Origin: Candidatus Moranbacteria bacterium GW2011_GWE2_36_40
Lineage (GTDB): Bacteria; Patescibacteriota; Minisyncoccia; Moranbacterales; GWC2-37-73
Assembly (NCBI GenBank): GCA_000991645.1
Contig: LBRX01000003.1
Span: 1 to 59,195, forward strand
Direction of reading: 5' to 3'
DNA length: 59,195 nucleotides
Both the position numbers and the translations under genes were made by a program. The notes under the pieces are model-generated. The model was not told where the DNA came from, ran no database searches, and saw only the letters and a list, made by a program, of their open reading frames with translations. Shown in pieces: positions 55,214-59,195 of this stretch; position 1 is the first letter of the stretch, and every line of letters begins with the position of its first letter.

Positions 55214-55399
55214 TTATTTGATAATAAATGTCTTCAAAATATAACTAAAAACCCAATCCAATCCCCCCAAAAAACCAGCAACCACAAGACTAACCGCCAT
55301 AACCAATAAGGTATAATTAACTGTCTGTTTTTTTGTTGGCCAGTTTACCTTAAGCATTTCCGCTTTAGCTTCGAGAAAAAATTGTATAACCTTATTCAT
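55214..55399 (-). CDS. secE: preprotein translocase subunit SecE
   Basis: 61 aa with ..EMLKVNWPTKKQ.. followed by a single TM. Conserved position upstream of nusG. Confidence 0.8.
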   Translation of the reverse strand: MNKVIQFFLEAKAEMLKVNWPTKKQTVNYTLLVMAVSLVVAGFLGGLDWVFSYILKTFIIK

Positions 55400-55490
55400 A
55401 ATTTTGAGTTTTTTAAAAAGCCCTTGGGGCTTTCTTTATTTAAAGTGTACATTATCAATGCTTTTTTGTCAATAAAGGAATGTTGGGGTA

Positions 55491-55518
55491 TGGACAAATT
55501 TTTTTATGCTGTTATAAT
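55491..55518 (+). promoter_or_regulatory. candidate promoter for the tRNA genes (TGGACA-16-TATAAT)
   Basis: tggaca aatttttttatgctgt tataat, 20 nt upstream of tRNA-Ala. Confidence 0.45.
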
Positions 55519-55538
55519 TATTTTTGTAACTCATTTAT

Positions 55539-55611
55539 GGGCCGGTAGCTCACCTGGTAGAGCGCCTCATTTGCACTGAGGAGGTAGCGGGTTCAAGTCC
55601 TGTCCGGTCCA
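55539..55611 (+). tRNA. tRNA-Ala (anticodon UGC), no encoded CCA
   Basis: Hand-folded cloverleaf. Acceptor gggccgg/ccggtcc has the G3:U70 Ala identity pair. Anticodon loop is ttTGCac and T-loop is gttcaag. Confidence 0.9.
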
Positions 55612-55707
55612 CAAAAATCCTTTTCCTCATGACTTGAACGGGAAAGGGTCGGAAAACGGGAGTTTTCCGTTGGAGGAAAGTTTGAAAACCGTGGGTTTTC
55701 AAGGAGC

Positions 55708-55742
55708 GGTAGCGATGTGAAATGTCCTGTCCGGTCCACAAA
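55708..55742 (+). repeat. degenerate duplicate of the tRNA-Ala 3' half
   Basis: ggtagcgatgtgaaatgtcctgtccggtccacaaa versus the tRNA sequence ggtagcgggttcaagtcctgtccggtccacaaa. The last 19 nt (55724-55742) are identical to 55597-55615. Confidence 0.85.
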
Positions 55743-55827
55743 TTAACCCTCAACAGACAACAAACAACAAACAACAAACAACAGTATTTCTGTTGTAAGT
55801 TGTGAGTTATGAGTTGCAAGTTAATGA

Positions 55828-55901
55828 GGGCTTATAGCTCAGCTGGTTAGAGCGCGTCACTGATAATGACGAGGTCTCAAGTTCGAATCTTGATAAGCCC
55901 A
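55828..55901 (+). tRNA. tRNA-Ile (anticodon GAU), no encoded CCA
   Basis: Hand-folded cloverleaf. Acceptor gggctta/taagccc, anticodon loop ctGATaa, T-arm tcaag ttcgaat cttga. Confidence 0.9.
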
Positions 55902-56082
55902 CATTGAAAATCTCTTATTTAAAGGGATTTTTTTGTTTTATAAAATATCATTGACATTATTTCTCAAAGTATTACGCTGTAGATAGAAACATCTTATTGT
56001 TATTTAAAAAAAGGAGGCGCGTTATTTTTGGAAAAAGCTAACAAGTTAGCAGGCAAAAAAACTTCACTACAGGAGCCTTATC

Positions 56083-56310
56083 ATGAAAAAAAGGAAGCAA
56101 ATGCCACCATCCGTAGCAACTCGAATGATTTTGAGAGAAGAAGAAGAAAGCAGCAAAAAACCAACTCCTGGATTCAGTGATTTTGTAAGAAACAAGCATG
56201 ATGACTCTCCCAATCTTTCCAATTTACCGAAAGATCCCGCTAAAGCTCGAGCTTACGCCTGTTCTGAACTAAAGCCAAAACCAAATCCTCCGCCAGAATA
56301 TAATTTTTAG
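56083..56310 (+). CDS. hypothetical small protein (75 aa)
   Basis: ORF with a caggag SD and a terminator downstream. Low-complexity, Pro/Lys-rich. Confidence 0.35.
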   Translation: MKKRKQMPPSVATRMILREEEESSKKPTPGFSDFVRNKHDDSPNLSNLPKDPAKARAYACSELKPKPNPPPEYNF

Positions 56311-56324
56311 AAAAAGTTGCTTTT

Positions 56325-56358
56325 AAAAAAAATCCCGCCGAAATCGACGGGATTTTTA
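56325..56358. terminator. bidirectional terminator
   Basis: aaaaaaaatcccg ccgaaatcga cgggattttt, between convergent genes. Confidence 0.7.
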
Positions 56359-56380
56359 ATATTAAAAATATACAGCAACT

Positions 56381-57301
56381 TTATTTCTTCAAAAACTCCT
56401 GGATACTGTGGGCGGCGATGGCGCCTTCAGCAGCAGCAGTAATGATTTGTTTGAATTTATCAGAGCCGGTTGTGATGTCGCCAGCTGCCCAAATTCCCTT
56501 TTTACTGGTTCGACCGGATGGATCAATTTTAACATAGCCCTGTTCATCGAGTTCTATTCCCATTTTTTTAACCAAATCAACATTGGGGTCAGAGCCAATT
56601 TCCGCAAAAACTCCATCGACTTTCAAAATTTCACTATTTTTATAGGGATTATCCAAGATTAATTCTTCCACTTTTTGCCCACCTCTAATTTCTTTGATGT
56701 TTGTCATAAAAACACTTTCTATTTTTGAGTTTTTTGAAATCGATTCTGCCCAAAAAGTTTCGCATCTGAGTTTTTCACCTCGATAAATCAAATATACCTT
56801 TTCAGCAATATCGCCCAGATACACAGCAGCTCCAGCAGCGCTGTCATTTCCTCCAACCACTGCCACAGTTTTCCCGCGATAAAAAAATCCATCACAAGTT
56901 GCGCAATATGAAACACCTTTGCCTACAAATTCTTTTTCGCCAGGAACGCCAAGATGACGATGTTTTGTTCCCATGGCAAATAAGATTGTTTTGGCCTGTA
57001 TTTTTTGACCATTACTCAAAAACAAAACATATCCATCCTCTTTTTGCTCAATATCATCAACCAATGTAGTCATGATTTCAGCTTTTTCATAGGCCGCAGC
57101 ATGAGATTCAGCCCTTTGTGCAAATTCATAACCAGAAATTTTCTCGGTTCCAAGCCAATTGCCAATCTCGTGAGTTTGAGTTGTAAGTCCACCTGAAATT
57201 CCACCAATCACAACATTAGAAATTCCATAACGCGAAGCATACACTGAAGCAGAAAGCCCAGCAGGACCAGCACCAACAATAGCAAGATCGTATACCACCA
57301 T
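56381..57301 (-). CDS. trxB: thioredoxin-disulfide reductase
   Basis: ..IVGAGPAGLSA.., redox-active ..CATCDG.., ..GGNDSAAGAA... Confidence 0.92.
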   Translation of the reverse strand: MVVYDLAIVGAGPAGLSASVYASRYGISNVVIGGISGGLTTQTHEIGNWLGTEKISGYEFAQRAESHAAAYEKAEIMTTLVDDIEQKEDGYVLFLSNGQKIQAKTILFAMGTKHRHLGVPGEKEFVGKGVSYCATCDGFFYRGKTVAVVGGNDSAAGAAVYLGDIAEKVYLIYRGEKLRCETFWAESISKNSKIESVFMTNIKEIRGGQKVEELILDNPYKNSEILKVDGVFAEIGSDPNVDLVKKMGIELDEQGYVKIDPSGRTSKKGIWAAGDITTGSDKFKQIITAAAEGAIAAHSIQEFLKK

Positions 57302-57437
57302 AATTTTTAATTTCCAATTTTGAATTTTGAATGAATTCCTGCCTGCCAGAGGCAGGTTTAATGATTCAATTTTTTAATGTTTGAAACATTATGTCATTCA
57401 GATTTGATTCGAAATTCGAAATTCAGAATTCAAAATT
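57302..57437. repeat. AT-rich MITE-like intergenic element, copy C, carrying a nested 19-nt GC hairpin
   Basis: Colinear with 13607-13718, except that cctgcctgccagaggcagg is inserted inside the tgaatt|ttt run. Confidence 0.85.
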
Positions 57438-57767
57438 TTATAATAACACCTCAATTTCTCCTTTTAACTTTTCTTTTGGATTAAAACCAATAATTTCACG
57501 AATTATTTTGCCATCCTTAAATATTTTCATATTAGGAATACTTTGTATTTGGTATTGCATGGCTAATGCCTGATGATCAACACTTTCAACGTCAAGCTTA
57601 GTAATCTTCACTTTGTCTCCAAATTCTTCAGCCAATTCATCCAAGATTGGTGCCATCATTTTGCATGGCCCACACCAAGGCGCCCAAAAATCAACCAACA
57701 CAATTTGTTTTGATTCTAAAACTTCCTCTTTAAAATTTTTATCTGTCAATTCAATTACTTTACTCAT
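57438..57767 (-). CDS. trxA: thioredoxin
   Basis: ..VDFWAPWCGPCKMMAP... Confidence 0.93.
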   Translation of the reverse strand: MSKVIELTDKNFKEEVLESKQIVLVDFWAPWCGPCKMMAPILDELAEEFGDKVKITKLDVESVDHQALAMQYQIQSIPNMKIFKDGKIIREIIGFNPKEKLKGEIEVLL

Positions 57768-57806
57768 AAGTTTTATTTTTTAATTTATTACTATTGAAAA
57801 ATAATA

Positions 57807-58070
57807 TCAACTCTTGGCTGACATTTTGAATAATGATTTCAAATATTTTTCATCAATTTTTTTCTTTCCTTCAAACTTGCAGACAAAATCATTTTTAAGC
57901 ATCTCAATTCCAAGCATTGAAACAGCTTCCCTGATTGCTGTGATCTGAGTGATAACATCGATGCAATCCTTTTTTTCCTCAACCATCTTGCGCACACCTC
58001 TAAGCTGACCTTCGATACGTGAAATTCTATTTACAATTTTTTCGGCAGCTTCTTTTTCTTGTTTTGCCAT
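57807..58070 (-). CDS. CsoR/RcnR-family metal-sensing repressor
   Basis: ..NRISRIEGQLRGVRKMVEE..DCIDVITQITAIREA.. (DUF156 pattern). Confidence 0.78.
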   Translation of the reverse strand: MAKQEKEAAEKIVNRISRIEGQLRGVRKMVEEKKDCIDVITQITAIREAVSMLGIEMLKNDFVCKFEGKKKIDEKYLKSLFKMSAKS

Positions 58071-58093
58071 ATTAAAAATGTTTTTGATTAAAA

Positions 58094-58291
58094 TTATTTT
58101 TTATTATTTGTGCTTATATCAAAAAATTTATACAAAAAACAAAAACTGGTTACCACAGAAATGGACAGGGCCAATGCAAGCACATACAAAGCAAGCCTCA
58201 AAAAACCATCTGCATACAAACTTCCAATTACCAAGAAAACAAGGACAAAAATAACACGAACAGATTTATCCAGAATGCCTACATTTTTCAT
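58094..58291 (-). CDS. small two-TM membrane protein (YgaP/DUF2892-like)
   Basis: MKNVGILDKSVRVIFVLVFLVIG.. matches the N-terminal pattern of DUF2892 proteins. Confidence 0.55.
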   Translation of the reverse strand: MKNVGILDKSVRVIFVLVFLVIGSLYADGFLRLALYVLALALSISVVTSFCFLYKFFDISTNNKK

Positions 58292-58342
58292 ATATTTTTA
58301 TATAAGAATTATAAATACATACCCTCCAGGGGTATGTTATCA

Positions 58343-59158
58343 TCACTCCTGCAATGCGTCAAGTGGTTTGAAAAAGGCGCACTTTTTTCCAACAAACAAA
58401 ATATTTCTACCATCAATAACTTCACATTTTTCCATTCTAAACCCCGCATTTTCAAAAAGTTTTTTTAGTTCTCTTTTTGTGAAAGCTCGGTGAAATCGCT
58501 GAATTTTTTCACCCTCATTATTTGTAAAAGATATATAACAATCATTCCAATCCAACACACTTTTCCCTTTCAATTTGCTAAGCCAATTATGCAAAATATT
58601 TTTAAAATATTTTTTTTGCTTGCCTCGTCGAATCCACCAGCTGGCGGAGAAGGCGGGCCATAGATACCAAACTGTCACCACAATGTACCCACCATCTTTC
58701 ATGGTTCGATAAAGCTCTTTGGCCACATCTTGGCGATATTTTTTTGAGGGAAAATGATGAAAAACAGCAATACTATAGATGGTATTGAAAAATCCGTCTT
58801 CAGATGGTAGACTTGTTTGACTAGGATTTATTTTGGCAAAGCATGGCCCGACGGAGTCCGACTCCGAATCGGAGTCGGACTCCGTAACTTCTACGACTTG
58901 ATACTTATTTTTGGCAATTTCAACCAATTTTTCCGAAACATCCAAGCCCCAATAATTAATATTTTTAGAATTAAGCAATTCCAAAAGGCGACCATTACCA
59001 CAACCATAATCCAAAACATTATCATTTTCGTGCGTATAATCTCTTATAAACTCCAAGCCACGCCAAAAATGTTTCCTGGTCTCAGAAAATTTCTTGGAAA
59101 TCAGATCATAACCTGCCTCCGTCTCAGTCAATATTTTATTTGCAGTTTCATTGTTCAT
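58343..59158 (-). CDS. class I SAM-dependent methyltransferase with two in-frame GC palindromes
   Basis: ..VLDYGCGNGRLLE.. motif I. A perfect 35-nt palindrome at 58851-58885 encodes ..TESDSDSESDSV... ccaccagctggcgg at 58634-58647 encodes ..SASWW... Confidence 0.8.
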   Translation of the reverse strand: MNNETANKILTETEAGYDLISKKFSETRKHFWRGLEFIRDYTHENDNVLDYGCGNGRLLELLNSKNINYWGLDVSEKLVEIAKNKYQVVEVTESDSDSESDSVGPCFAKINPSQTSLPSEDGFFNTIYSIAVFHHFPSKKYRQDVAKELYRTMKDGGYIVVTVWYLWPAFSASWWIRRGKQKKYFKNILHNWLSKLKGKSVLDWNDCYISFTNNEGEKIQRFHRAFTKRELKKLFENAGFRMEKCEVIDGRNILFVGKKCAFFKPLDALQE

Positions 59159-59195
59159 ATTATAAATAAATTTCCAATTTTTTATTTTGAATTTT

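Noticed and set aside
1-59195. Alternative genetic code (UGA as Gly or Trp), as found in some candidate-phylum bacteria.
   Set aside because: All long housekeeping ORFs (dnaE at 1187 aa, thrS, gatB, murA and others) are intact under the standard code and end at sensible positions. The UGA that interrupts RT1 is explained better by the T7 frameshift, because the downstream conserved motifs are in another frame.

Overview
This is a 59.2-kb AT-rich, gene-dense bacterial chromosome segment. It reads cleanly with the standard code: every housekeeping ORF is intact with UGA as stop. The gene style looks like a Patescibacteria/CPR-type genome, but that is inference. The style comprises compact core genes, tandem GT39 and GT4 glycosyltransferases, four four-helix-bundle (Avd/IVS-like) genes, DGRs with cytoplasmic targets, and pervasive short-period intergenic repeats.

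Backbone genes: holB, ftsQ-like, mreB, murA, murD, rnc, nusB, rpmF, rnhB, dnaE, thrS, miaB, miaA, gatB, dut, folA, thyA, dCMP deaminase, rplA, rplK, nusG, secE, tRNA-Ala(UGC), tRNA-Ile(GAU), trxB, trxA and a csoR-like gene.

The standout content is two complete diversity-generating retroelements (DGR1 20462-23306, DGR2 33632-36628).
- Each has a DGR-type reverse transcriptase, a head-to-head inverted avd gene, a template repeat (TR), and a variable repeat (VR) at the 3' end of a leaderless cytoplasmic target gene.
- TR/VR mismatches fall almost exclusively at TR adenines.
- Both RT genes are broken at homopolymer tracts (G9 and T7 in RT1, G7 in RT2). This suggests ON/OFF switching of hypermutation, or else decay or assembly error.

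Other notable items:
- a T-box-like Thr (ACC) leader separated from thrS by an inverted-repeat-flanked four-helix-bundle cassette;
- GC-rich palindromes and AT-rich heptamer-repeat modules inserted in frame into conserved enzymes (Rickettsia-RPE-like behaviour);
- several MITE-like repeat families;
- a duplicated tRNA-Ala 3' half;
- a pyrimidine-deoxynucleotide gene cluster containing three HIT paralogs;
- several visibly GC-richer cassettes, each with its own canonical TTGACA-17-TATAAT promoter and terminator.

No CRISPR array and no rRNA gene were seen. All calls are from reading the sequence and remembered family signatures; no searches were run.
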